A stretch of DNA of 64,000 nucleotides from the NCBI GenBank assembly GCA_963750945.1, contig CAVVSH010000015.1, forward strand, positions 462,701-526,700. The letters are read 5' to 3'. The position numbers were made by a program, and so were the translations under genes. Source of the DNA: an uncultured Actinomycetota bacterium (GTDB taxonomy: Bacteria; Actinomycetota; UBA4738; HRBIN12). The notes below the pieces were generated by a model. That model ran no database searches. It was not told the DNA's origin and saw only the letters and a program-made list of their open reading frames with translations. Below, piece after piece: positions 49,920 to 58,833 of the stretch (its first letter is position 1; each line of letters starts with the position of its first letter).

Positions 49920-50429
49920 ATGGGGCAAGGAGAGCCTGCCCGAGCTCGCATGTGGGAGGCCGGAGGCCGATGGTTCGCGCACGTCCTGGACGTGCCCGCC
50001 TACATCGAGGTGACCGGAACGAGCCGAGGGAGCTGCCTCGTCGAGCTACGCAAGGCGACCGGAGACGACGTCGACCTCATCATCGAAGTCATCCCGGCCG
50101 TGGTGGGGGTCGCAGAGGCCGCCGAGATCATGGGTTGGGACAAGCGCAGGGTGATCACGTACATCGATCGCGGCTCGTTCCCGGAGCCGATCGGCACGCT
50201 CGCGTCGGGACGGATCTGGATCCGAGAAGACGTCGAGGACTACGCCCATCACTGGCGAGCGGCCCATCCACTGGGGGCGAGGCAGCTGACGAAGACGCCC
50301 GTCCGGAAGGAACCGAAGCCGCCGAAGAAGCCGAAGCCAAGGCCGAAGCCAAGGAAGAGGCCAAGCAAGAAGCCAAGCAAGAAGCCAAGCAAGAAGCCAA
50401 GCAAGAAGAAGGTGTCCGCGCCCACGTGA
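49920..50429 (+). CDS. HicB-like/HTH protein with Lys-Pro-rich repetitive basic tail
   Basis: GRWFAHVLDVPAYIEVTGTSRG (HicB-like fold), AEAAEIMGWDKRRVITYIDRG (HTH-like), then a KPPKKPKPRPKPRKRPSKKPSKKPSKKPSKKK tail. Start could be the ATG at 49950. Confidence 0.5.
   Translation: MGQGEPARARMWEAGGRWFAHVLDVPAYIEVTGTSRGSCLVELRKATGDDVDLIIEVIPAVVGVAEAAEIMGWDKRRVITYIDRGSFPEPIGTLASGRIWIREDVEDYAHHWRAAHPLGARQLTKTPVRKEPKPPKKPKPRPKPRKRPSKKPSKKPSKKPSKKKVSAPT
50360..50407. repeat. perfect 4x12-bp tandem repeat (gccaagcaagaa) encoding (KKPS)4, with degenerate copies upstream
   Basis: Read directly from the sequence. It creates long open frames on several frames: EAKQ repeats in the +1 frame and ENRP-type artefacts elsewhere. 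Confidence 0.8.
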
Positions 50430-51073
50430 CCGGCCGCATCCTGTACCTGATCCGTCACGGTCAGTCGGACTTCGAGTGGGTCGGCGACTCCTGGGCGAGT
50501 GCCCGCGGAGAGCAGTGGGATCCCCCGCTGTCCGACAAGGGGCGGGAGCAGGCGAGCCTCCTCGCGCGCCGGCTCCACGTGATGGGCCTCGACCCGTTCG
50601 CCGTGTACTCGTCCCCGCTTCGGCGCGCGAGCGAGACCGCGGAGACCTTCGCGCGAGAGGCGGGCACCACGGTCTCCTTCGATGACGAGCTCGTGGAAGC
50701 GCACATCGGCGGTTGGGAGGGCAAGCCGTTCGAGGAGATCATCGAGTCGGATCCCGAGGTGATGCAGCACATCCGTCATCAGCGGGCGATCTGGCATCGT
50801 GCGCCGGATGCCGAAGGCGGAGATCGGTTCCGGGCTCGCGTCCATGACGCCGTCGAGGGGCTTCTGCGGAAGCACCCCGACGAGAACCTTCTGGTGTTCG
50901 CCCATGGAGGCGTGATCAACGCCTACGTCGGCGAGCTCCTCGCGCTCCGGCAGGAGATGTTCTTCCTCCCGGAGAACACGAGCCTGAACAGCATCGACGT
51001 CGAGGGCGAGACTCGCAACGTGCGGTTCCTGAACGACGTCTTGCACCTGACCGACCCGCACTTCTTCGAGTAA
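50426..51073 (+). CDS. histidine phosphatase (phosphoglycerate mutase-like) family protein
   Basis: LIRHGQS catalytic motif. GTG start overlapping the upstream stop (GTGA). Confidence 0.75.
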   Translation: MTGRILYLIRHGQSDFEWVGDSWASARGEQWDPPLSDKGREQASLLARRLHVMGLDPFAVYSSPLRRASETAETFAREAGTTVSFDDELVEAHIGGWEGKPFEEIIESDPEVMQHIRHQRAIWHRAPDAEGGDRFRARVHDAVEGLLRKHPDENLLVFAHGGVINAYVGELLALRQEMFFLPENTSLNSIDVEGETRNVRFLNDVLHLTDPHFFE

Positions 51074-51138
51074 CACCGCCCTATACTCGGACGCATCCGT
51101 CACCCGAACGCACACCCGATCAACGGAGGTCGAACGCC

Positions 51139-51522
51139 GTGTCCGTGAAGTTCCTTTCCGACGAGTGGGCGGAAGCGCTGAAGGCAGAGCTCAACCAGAG
51201 CGACGCGTTCCGTCAGGCCTCCGCGGGCCAGAAGGCAACGATCCAGCAAGTCATCAGCGGAGCCGAAGGCGAGACCCACTACTGGATCACGATCCACGAC
51301 GGGACGATCGACCTGGGGACCGGTGACATCGAGGGCGAGGACGCCACCATCACCCAGAGCTACGACACCTCCGCGGCACTGGCGAAAGGCGAGCTCTCGC
51401 CGGTCACCGCCTTCATGACGGGCAAGCTGAAGGTCGCCGGCAATATGGGGATGATCCTCGGCCTCCAGGGCGCGCTCTCGCAGCTCCCCGCCGCGATGGC
51501 CAAGATCGACGTCGAGTACTAG
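51139..51522 (+). CDS. SCP2 sterol-binding domain protein
   Basis: FLSDEWAEALKAELNQSDAF..GKLKVAGNMGM. Confidence 0.65.
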   Translation: MSVKFLSDEWAEALKAELNQSDAFRQASAGQKATIQQVISGAEGETHYWITIHDGTIDLGTGDIEGEDATITQSYDTSAALAKGELSPVTAFMTGKLKVAGNMGMILGLQGALSQLPAAMAKIDVEY

Positions 51523-51950
51523 TCGGCCGCGGGCTCGCGACCGCTCACGGAGAATCGCGATTGCGCTCGCGCGAGCAGGCTGCCCCCTCCGTCTTCGATC
51601 GACGCCTCGGCGAACGCGAGCGTCCGGCCGACCCTGATCGCCTTCCCGCGGCCGAAGAGACGTCCCGGTTTCGCTGGCGCGAGGTAATGGATGTCCAGGT
51701 CGGTGGTGACGTGGAGCCGCCCCGGCTCCATCGCGGAGCGGATCGAGAGGCCGCACGCGGTGTCCGCGAGGATCGCGAGCATCCCTCCATGGACGAGGCC
51801 CTGGAGGTTGACGTGAAGGTCGAGCACGTCCATCGCGACCGTCACCTCGCCGGCCGACGCTTCCACCACGTCCATCCCGGCCCAGGTGTGGAACGGCGAG
51901 GCAGCGAGGCGCTCTCGGAGCGTCCGCAGCAGGTCCTCGCCCTCCACCAT
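51519..51950 (-). CDS. PaaI-family hotdog-fold thioesterase
   Basis: NLQGLVHGGMLAILADTA motif. Start chosen at the internal ATG 51950. Confidence 0.7.
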   Translation of the reverse strand: MVEGEDLLRTLRERLAASPFHTWAGMDVVEASAGEVTVAMDVLDLHVNLQGLVHGGMLAILADTACGLSIRSAMEPGRLHVTTDLDIHYLAPAKPGRLFGRGKAIRVGRTLAFAEASIEDGGGSLLARAQSRFSVSGREPAAD

Positions 51951-52078
51951 CCTCCACGACCTCCGGTTCCGTAGTCTCCCATGGGGTTCGCACACACGCG
52001 TTTGACGGACCCTCCCGGTGCCCGGAGAATCCGTGCGGTCGGGCTCAAGGCCCGGAGAAACCAAACAAGGGGGGAAGC

Positions 52079-53167
52079 ATGCCGAAGTGGCTTCGAACGC
52101 TCTTCGTGCCCCTGGCCGTGCTCGCGCTCGTCGCGGCGGCCTGTGGCGACGACACCGAACCGCCGGCAGGCGACGGCAGTGCGGCGCCGGAGTGCAACGC
52201 CGACATCAGCGTCGGTGTCGCGTACGACATCGGCGGCATCGGCGACAAGTCGTTCAACGACGCGGCGAACGCGGGACTCACGGCCGCGATCGACGAGGGA
52301 CTCGTCTGCGAGGAGAACACGGATTCTCTCGAGCCCGACGCGACCGGTTCGAACCGGGACGACAACGTGATCGCGCTCGCCGACGCGGGACACGACCTCG
52401 TGATCGCCGTGGGATTCGCGTTCTCACCCGGCATCAACGAGAACGCCGGTGACTACACGGCCCAGTTCGCCATCATCGACGGCTACGCCACCTGTGGGAC
52501 CGCCTGCGGCCTCGCCAACGACGGCCTCCTCAACGTGACGGACCTGACGTTCAAGGAACACGAGGGCTCGTTCCTGGTAGGCGCCGCGGCGGCGACCCAA
52601 GCCGTAAAGGAGAGCTGCGAGACGGTAGGCTTTCTCGGCGGTCAGACCGGTCCGCTGATCGAGAAGTTCCAGGCCGGCTACGAGGCCGGCGTCGCGTCCA
52701 TCGACGACAGCATCGAGGTCCTCGTGCAGTACATCGGTGACGACGTGACCGCCTTCAACGACGCGGTGAAAGGTGAGGCACTGTCGACGGGCATGTACGA
52801 CGACGGCGCCTGCATCATCTACCACGCCGCCGGCGCTTCGGGAGCCGGGCTCTTCAACGCGGCGGTCGCCGCGAACGAGCTCGCGATCGGCGTCGACTCA
52901 GACCAGTACCTGCTGGTCAGCGCGGAGCAGCAGCCACACATCATGACGTCGATGCTGAAGCGGGTCGACACGGCCGTACACGACGCGATCGAGCAGGCCG
53001 GTGAGGGCGCGCTCGAATCCGGCGCTCAGGTCTTCGGCATGGCCGAAGGTGGCGTCGACTACTCGAAGAGCAACACCGACCTGATGACCGACGACATCAT
53101 CACCTTGCTCGACAGGCTGAAGCAGCAGATCATCGAGAACGCGATCACCGTCCCCGAGGCTCCGTAG
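52079..53167 (+). CDS. BMP-family ABC transporter substrate-binding lipoprotein (nucleoside-binding, PnrA/Med-like)
   Basis: Signal peptide plus lipobox AAACG. GVAYDIGGIGDKSFND motif. Confidence 0.85.
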   Translation: MPKWLRTLFVPLAVLALVAAACGDDTEPPAGDGSAAPECNADISVGVAYDIGGIGDKSFNDAANAGLTAAIDEGLVCEENTDSLEPDATGSNRDDNVIALADAGHDLVIAVGFAFSPGINENAGDYTAQFAIIDGYATCGTACGLANDGLLNVTDLTFKEHEGSFLVGAAAATQAVKESCETVGFLGGQTGPLIEKFQAGYEAGVASIDDSIEVLVQYIGDDVTAFNDAVKGEALSTGMYDDGACIIYHAAGASGAGLFNAAVAANELAIGVDSDQYLLVSAEQQPHIMTSMLKRVDTAVHDAIEQAGEGALESGAQVFGMAEGGVDYSKSNTDLMTDDIITLLDRLKQQIIENAITVPEAP

Positions 53168-53200
53168 GCTCGGAAACGGGATCGACCGGTGGCTGACGAA

Positions 53201-53234
53201 CGAGGGGCGGGGCGCGAGAGCGCCCTGCCCCTCG
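53201..53234 (+). promoter_or_regulatory. intercistronic stem-loop between the substrate-binding protein gene and the ABC ATPase gene
   Basis: 14-bp stem cgaggggcggggcg / cgccctgcccctcg (one G-U) with a cgagag loop, lying between the SBP stop (53167) and the ATPase start (53240). Confidence 0.5.
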
Positions 53235-53239
53235 TCGTG

Positions 53240-54724
53240 ATGGAGCACATCACCAAGCGGTTCCCCGGCGTGGTGGCCAACGACGACGTCTCGCTCGAGC
53301 TGCGCCCCGGCGAGGTCCACGCGCTGATCGGGGAGAACGGCGCCGGGAAGTCCACGCTGATGCGGATCCTCTACGGCATGTACCCCGCGAGCGAGGGCCG
53401 GATCTTGCTGGGAGGGGACGAGGTCTCGATCACGTCCCCCCGCGTCGCGCTCCAGCATGGGATCGGGATGGTCCACCAACATTTCGTCCTGGTCGACCCG
53501 TTCACGGTCACGGAGAACGTGATCCTCGGTGACGAGGGCTCGGCGATCCTCGACATGGACACTGCGCACGAGAAGGTCACCGAGCTCGCGCAGACCTACG
53601 GGTTCCAGGTTCGCCCCAGCGCGTTGATCGAGGATCTGTCCGTCGGGGAAGAACAGCGGGTGGAGATCCTCAAGGCGCTCTACCGGGGGGTCGAGGTTCT
53701 CATCCTCGACGAGCCAACCGCGGTCCTGACGCCGCTAGAGGCGAAGGACCTCTTCTCGAACCTCCGCCGCCTGCGGGATGACGGGAAGGCGATCGTCTTC
53801 ATCAGCCACAAGTTGGACGAGGTGCTGGCCATCGCGGACCGGATCACCGTCCTTCGTCGAGGCAAGGTCGTGGGTGAGACGACCCCGGCGGAAGCGTCCA
53901 AGGCCAAGCTCGCCGAGATGATGGTCGGACGCCCCGTGCTGTTCCGTCTCGAGAAGCCCGACGTGGAGATCGGCGAGCCGATCCTGGAGGTTGACGGTCT
54001 CTTGGGCGAAGGCAAGCTCAACGGGATCGGATTCCAGGTGCGGGCTCGCGAGATCCTCGGCGTGGCCGGAGTGGAGGGAAACGGACAGAAGGAGCTCGCC
54101 GAGGCTCTGATCGGTCTCAGGAAGCCCGCGGCCGGCACGGTCCGACTGGCAGGGACGACCATCACCGGCTGGCCTGTAGCCGATATCCGCAACGCTGGCG
54201 TGGCCTACATCCCCGAGGACCGTCACGAACAAGGACTCGTCCTCTCCATGACCCTGTGGGAGAACGCAGTCCTGGGACGCGAAGACGACCATCCATTCTC
54301 GGGGAGGACCGGATTCCTGTTCATCGAGCGGATCAAGGAGATGGCCAGGCGACTCGTGAAGTTGTTCGATGTCCGAACCCGATCGATCAACGTCGCCGCG
54401 AGCACCCTGTCGGGTGGGAACCAACAGAAGCTCGTGCTCGCTCGGGAGCTGGACACGAGCCCCAAGCTGCTCATCGCATCGCAGCCGACCCGCGGACTCG
54501 ACGTCGGAGCCATCGAATTCGTTTGGCGACAGATCCTGGACCAGAAGAAGGAGGGACGTGGTGTCCTGCTGATCTCCGCCGAGCTCGACGAGATCTATGC
54601 CCTCTCGGATCGGATCGTGACGATCTACGAAGGGCGGATCACCGGCGAGTACGCGCCGGATGCGCTTCCTGAGGAGATCGGCGCCGGGATGCTCGGCGCC
54701 GGCGACACCGCCGAGGCCAGCTGA
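53240..54724 (+). CDS. ABC transporter ATP-binding protein (duplicated ATPase, sugar/nucleoside type)
   Basis: Two Walker A/LSGGQ/Walker B sets (GENGAGKST..; LSGGNQQK). Start moved to the ATG at 53240, after the hairpin. Confidence 0.85.
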   Translation: MEHITKRFPGVVANDDVSLELRPGEVHALIGENGAGKSTLMRILYGMYPASEGRILLGGDEVSITSPRVALQHGIGMVHQHFVLVDPFTVTENVILGDEGSAILDMDTAHEKVTELAQTYGFQVRPSALIEDLSVGEEQRVEILKALYRGVEVLILDEPTAVLTPLEAKDLFSNLRRLRDDGKAIVFISHKLDEVLAIADRITVLRRGKVVGETTPAEASKAKLAEMMVGRPVLFRLEKPDVEIGEPILEVDGLLGEGKLNGIGFQVRAREILGVAGVEGNGQKELAEALIGLRKPAAGTVRLAGTTITGWPVADIRNAGVAYIPEDRHEQGLVLSMTLWENAVLGREDDHPFSGRTGFLFIERIKEMARRLVKLFDVRTRSINVAASTLSGGNQQKLVLARELDTSPKLLIASQPTRGLDVGAIEFVWRQILDQKKEGRGVLLISAELDEIYALSDRIVTIYEGRITGEYAPDALPEEIGAGMLGAGDTAEAS

Positions 54725-55908
54725 TGTCGACGACAGACGCGACGCTGCCCGCTCCTCGCGCGCTGCCGCCATGGCTCGAGTCGGCCGTGGGCCAGGGCCT
54801 CGCGCTGCTCGCCGCGTTCGCGATCGCGATCGGCGCGGGCTCGCTGATCATCATCCTGTACGGCGAGAACCCACTCACCGTGTACAGCGCGATGCTCAGC
54901 TTCGCCTTCAAGGACGTGACGAGCATCGGGACCGTGCTCTCGATCGCGACACCGCTCATCTTCGCCGCGCTCGCGGTGTCGGTCTGCTTCAAAGGCGGAT
55001 TGTTCAACATCGGGGTGGAAGGTCAGTTCCTGGTCGCCATGGTCACCGCGTCGTGGGCGGCACTCGCCTTCGACTTCCTGCCGGGTCTGCTCCATCTCAC
55101 CGCGGTGCTCGTCTTCGCGTGCCTGGGAGGCATGGTCTACGCGGCCGTCCCGGGAGTCCTCAAGGTAACGACCGGGGCACACGAGGTCGTGACGACGATC
55201 ATGATGAACGGCATCGCCATCAGCATCGTGGCGTACGCGCTCAACGGCCCTCTGAGGTTCACGAAGGCTCCGCCCGGTCAGAACGTCGACCTACGAACGG
55301 ACATCTTCGAGCCCAGCGCCCTCGTACCGGACCTCGGGCACCTGTTCGGTGTCGGCAACTCTGCGAACCTGTCCTGGCTGTTCCCCATCGCGATCGTCGC
55401 CAGCGCGATCGTCTGGTTCCTGTTCCGGCGGATGCGCCTGGGCTACCAGGCCCGCGTGGTCGGATCCTCTGTAGGATCCGCCCGCGCGGGCGGGATCGCG
55501 ATCGGCGGCGTGCAGATCAAGCTGTTTCTGATCTCCGGTGCGCTCGCGGGGCTGACCGGGATGCAGCAGGTGCTGGTTGAACGGGGCGCGCTCGTCCAGA
55601 ACTACGAGGCGCAGCTCGGCTTCACGGGGATCGCCGTGGCGTTCCTCGGTCAGAACAACCCGATCGGGATCGTCTTCGCCGCGGTCCTCTGGGCGATCCT
55701 CTCCCGAGGGGAGACCGCGCTGCAGCTCGAAACCGACCTGCCGAGAGAGTTCGTGATCATCCTGCAGGGGATCCTGATCTTCTCCGTGGTCGTCGTGCAT
55801 CAGGTCGCGAAGCGCAGGCTCGCAAGGCGCGAGCTCCAACGCGCCGGCGCTGAGGTCGGGCTCCGAGACACCGGGACACCAGAGGACGAGGCTCCGGGGG
55901 AGGGCTGA
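54724..55908 (+). CDS. ABC transporter permease (BMP/nucleoside system)
   Basis: Polytopic membrane protein. Start overlaps the upstream stop. Confidence 0.8.
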   Translation: MSTTDATLPAPRALPPWLESAVGQGLALLAAFAIAIGAGSLIIILYGENPLTVYSAMLSFAFKDVTSIGTVLSIATPLIFAALAVSVCFKGGLFNIGVEGQFLVAMVTASWAALAFDFLPGLLHLTAVLVFACLGGMVYAAVPGVLKVTTGAHEVVTTIMMNGIAISIVAYALNGPLRFTKAPPGQNVDLRTDIFEPSALVPDLGHLFGVGNSANLSWLFPIAIVASAIVWFLFRRMRLGYQARVVGSSVGSARAGGIAIGGVQIKLFLISGALAGLTGMQQVLVERGALVQNYEAQLGFTGIAVAFLGQNNPIGIVFAAVLWAILSRGETALQLETDLPREFVIILQGILIFSVVVVHQVAKRRLARRELQRAGAEVGLRDTGTPEDEAPGEG

Positions 55909-56888
55909 TGGACCTCACCGACATCGGTGCCGCGATCCGGATCGCATTCACCTACTTCACGATCCTGTATCTCACGGGCCTGGGCGGACTGTTCAGCGAG
56001 CGCTCCGGGATCGTGAATATCGGGCTCGAGGGGCTCATGGTGATCGGGACCGTAACCGGCGCAGCAGGTGCGGCGATCTTCGCCGGTCCCGCCCCGGAAG
56101 GGTTGGGACTGGGGGCTGGAGGCGTGGTGCTCGGATTGCTGTTCGGCGCGCTCTGTGGCGCGCTCTTCGCGTCGGTCCACGCCGTCGCCACGATCAACTT
56201 CCGGGTCGATCACATCGTCTCCGGCGTCGTGATCAACCTCATGGCGATCGGGCTTGCGAGGTTCCTCTCGTTCGTGTTCTTCGAGCAGGCGACCCAATCG
56301 GATCCGGGCGGTCCGCATCTGTCACGGCTCGACATCCCGGGGCTTTCGGACATCCCGTGGGGACTGGGGAATGCCTTCCAGAATCTCTCGCCGGTCGTGC
56401 TCTTCGCTGCCGTGCTCGTCTTCCCCGTGACGTTCGCGCTCTACCGCACCCGATGGGGTCTCCGTCTCCGGTCCGCCGGCGAGAACCCGGAGGCCACGCG
56501 ATCCCTCGGGGTCGCCGTGGCGCCGCTCCAGTGGCAGGGCGTCTTGCTCTCCGGCGCACTGGCCGGCATGTCAGGCGCGTTCCTCGCGGTGGAGGTTGTC
56601 TTCAACTGGCGGGAAGGGCAGACACTGGGGCTCGGCTTCATCGCCCTCGCTGCTCTGATCCTGTCGAACTGGGATCCCCGACGGCTGTTGGTGGTCGCGT
56701 TCCTCTTCGGGTTCGCGCAGGCGATCCCGCTTCGGCTGGACGACGCGCCGTTGATCCGCCTGCTGCCGCCGCAGTTCATCAACATGATCCCCTACGTCGT
56801 GACCATCGTGGCGATCGCGGGATTCGTGGCGAAGGTACGTCCACCGGCTGCGGCGGGACGAGCGTACGAGGGCGCGGGCGGCACTTAG
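55908..56888 (+). CDS. ABC transporter permease (BMP/nucleoside system)
   Basis: Polytopic membrane protein. Start overlaps the upstream stop. Confidence 0.8.
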   Translation: MDLTDIGAAIRIAFTYFTILYLTGLGGLFSERSGIVNIGLEGLMVIGTVTGAAGAAIFAGPAPEGLGLGAGGVVLGLLFGALCGALFASVHAVATINFRVDHIVSGVVINLMAIGLARFLSFVFFEQATQSDPGGPHLSRLDIPGLSDIPWGLGNAFQNLSPVVLFAAVLVFPVTFALYRTRWGLRLRSAGENPEATRSLGVAVAPLQWQGVLLSGALAGMSGAFLAVEVVFNWREGQTLGLGFIALAALILSNWDPRRLLVVAFLFGFAQAIPLRLDDAPLIRLLPPQFINMIPYVVTIVAIAGFVAKVRPPAAAGRAYEGAGGT

Positions 56889-56901
56889 CCGACCGGCGGC
56901 T

Positions 56902-57522
56902 CTACGTGCCGTGGAGCCGATCGCCGAAGTCTCCGAGCCCCGGCAGGATGAAGCCGACGTCGTTCAACTCCCGGTCGAGCGCGCCGGCGACGATCGGCAC
57001 GTCGGGATGATCGGCTTCGAGCTTCGCGACGCCTTCGGGCGCCGCCACGATGCACACGAACGAGATCGACGTCGGCGTGGCATGCGCCTTGACGTGCGCG
57101 ATCGCGGCGCTCCCGGACCCGCCGGTCGCAAGCATCGGGTCGAGCACGAGGGCTCGCCTCCCGCTCATCGGGGGAAGCTTCGCGTAGTAGTCGCGGGGTT
57201 CCAGCGTCTCCTCGTCCCGCTCGAGGCCCAGATAGCCGACCACGGTATCGGGGTAGAGGTCCGTGACCGCGTCGAGCAACCCGAGTCCGGCCCGAAGGAC
57301 GGGGATCGCCACCAACGGCTCCGCGAGCCGAGTGGCCTTCGTCTCCTCCATCGGCGTGTCGATGGTGACGTGCTCGCTGAGGAGATCACGGGTGGCCTCG
57401 ATCACGAGCAGCCATCCCAGTCGACGAGTGAGGGTTCGGAACTCGGCCGGGTTCGTCCCTCGCTCTCGAAGCCGGGATAGGAGGTCGTGGGCGAGCGGAT
57501 GGTCGAGCACCGTGATCGACAT
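56902..57522 (-). CDS. upp: uracil phosphoribosyltransferase
   Basis: VLDPMLATGGS PRPP-binding motif. Strong alignment to E. coli Upp over its whole length. Confidence 0.95.
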   Translation of the reverse strand: MSITVLDHPLAHDLLSRLRERGTNPAEFRTLTRRLGWLLVIEATRDLLSEHVTIDTPMEETKATRLAEPLVAIPVLRAGLGLLDAVTDLYPDTVVGYLGLERDEETLEPRDYYAKLPPMSGRRALVLDPMLATGGSGSAAIAHVKAHATPTSISFVCIVAAPEGVAKLEADHPDVPIVAGALDRELNDVGFILPGLGDFGDRLHGT

Positions 57523-57600
57523 GGAGCGAATCCTAGTCCTGCGGACGGGAGCGTGAGCCTGTTGACACCGGCGCCGCTCGGCGGTCACGATGGGCGCCGC

Positions 57601-57654
57601 ATGCAGCGATTCTGTGGTGACTGGTTCTTCTACTTCGGGCGTAGCCTGGCGTAG
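57601..57654 (+). CDS. candidate aromatic-amino-acid leader peptide (17 aa, MQRFCGDWFFYFGRSLA)
   Basis: Short ORF in the 5' leader of the DAHP synthase gene, with W-F-F-Y-F at codons 8-12. About 35 bp downstream of a TTGACA hexamer (57562-57567). Confidence 0.45.
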   Translation: MQRFCGDWFFYFGRSLA

Positions 57655-57679
57655 TCACCTGTCGCCGAGAGAGCACAGG

Positions 57680-57712
57680 GGCCCCGGGCGGAAGACCCGG
57701 GGCCGTTTCGTT
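57680..57712 (+). terminator. attenuator/terminator-like hairpin in the DAHP synthase leader
   Basis: ggccccggg cggaaga cccggggcc followed by gtttcgtt. A second copy of cccggggcc at 57713-57721 could form an alternative pairing. Confidence 0.5.
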
Positions 57713-57746
57713 CCCGGGGCCGTCCCGGCGCCGGAGGAGGTCGCGG

Positions 57747-58766
57747 ATGGTCGTCGTGATGAAGCAGGACGCGACGGAGGCGGACATCGAAGCCGTTTCC
57801 GAGCGGGTGCGTGGCGCCGGTGGTGAGGCGTTCGTCTCACGCGGCGCCGTGCACTCCATCGTCGGCCTCGTCGGCGACACGGATCGCTTCCAGGCGATCG
57901 ACTGGAAGCAGATGCACGGCGTCGATCACGTCATCCGGATCGGCAAGCCCTACAAGATGGTCGCGCGTGACCTCCATCCCGAGACGACCACGGTCAAGGT
58001 GGGGACGACCCCGGTGGGAAGGGGGACGTTCACGCTGATCGCCGGGCCGTGCGCGGTCGAGAACGCGGAACAGACGATGGCCGCCGTGGAGGCGTCGAAG
58101 GCGGCCGGCGCCACCATCGTGCGGGGCGATGTCTACAAGCCGAGAACATCGCCGTACTCGTTCCAGGGGCTCGGGGAAGAGGGTCTCGAGATCCTGAAGG
58201 ACGTCAGGCGACGGACCGGCCTGCCGTTCGTGGTGGAGGTCGTCGATCTGAACCAGGTCGAGCACGTCGCCGAGGTGGCCGACTGCATCAGGATCGGCAC
58301 GCGGAACGCGCAGAACTTCGAGCTCCTCAAGGAGGTCGGGCTGTCGAACAAGCCGGTGATGTTGAAACGCGGTCTCGCGATGACGATCGACGAATGGTTG
58401 CAAGCGGCCGAGTACGTCGCCCAACGAGGGAACTCGGAGATCATCCTGTGCGAACGAGGGATCCGCACGTTCGAGCCGGCGACGCGCAACACGCTCGATC
58501 TCGCGGGCATGGCGGTGGCCCAGTACGAATCCCATCTACCGGTCATCGTCGATCCTTCGCACGCGGTGGGGAAACGGCACCTCGTGGCCCCGATGGCGAA
58601 GGCGGCCGTCGCCGCCGGGGCGGACGGGGTGATGGTGGACGTCCACCCGAATCCGGAGGAGGCGATGGTGGACGGGGCCCAGGCGCTCCTGCCCCACGAG
58701 GTGGTGGAGCTCGGCGAGCAATTGGCGGCGATCGCGGCGGCCGTTGGCCGACCCATGAACCGCTAG
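57747..58766 (+). CDS. 3-deoxy-7-phosphoheptulonate (DAHP) synthase, class I-beta, with N-terminal ACT-like regulatory domain
   Basis: KPRTSPYSFQGLGEEGL, GTRNAQNFELLKEVG and LCERGIRTFE match Bacillus/Thermotoga-type DAHPS/KDO8PS. GGAGGAGG RBS. Confidence 0.9.
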   Translation: MVVVMKQDATEADIEAVSERVRGAGGEAFVSRGAVHSIVGLVGDTDRFQAIDWKQMHGVDHVIRIGKPYKMVARDLHPETTTVKVGTTPVGRGTFTLIAGPCAVENAEQTMAAVEASKAAGATIVRGDVYKPRTSPYSFQGLGEEGLEILKDVRRRTGLPFVVEVVDLNQVEHVAEVADCIRIGTRNAQNFELLKEVGLSNKPVMLKRGLAMTIDEWLQAAEYVAQRGNSEIILCERGIRTFEPATRNTLDLAGMAVAQYESHLPVIVDPSHAVGKRHLVAPMAKAAVAAGADGVMVDVHPNPEEAMVDGAQALLPHEVVELGEQLAAIAAAVGRPMNR

Positions 58767-58833
58767 GGAGCGTCCGCTCCGGTCACGAGGCGGGGAGCCG
58801 GGCGGGGATCGCCGCGTCGCCGGCTCGCCGACC

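Noticed and set aside
49952-51073. 373-aa ORF suggesting a long N-terminal extension of the histidine phosphatase
   Set aside because: The upstream part is Arg/Gly-rich and then reads EAKQ repeats through the 12-bp tandem repeat. It is the +1 frame of the HicB-like/KP-tail gene. The phosphatase starts at the GTG at 50426 (VTGRILYLIRHGQS).
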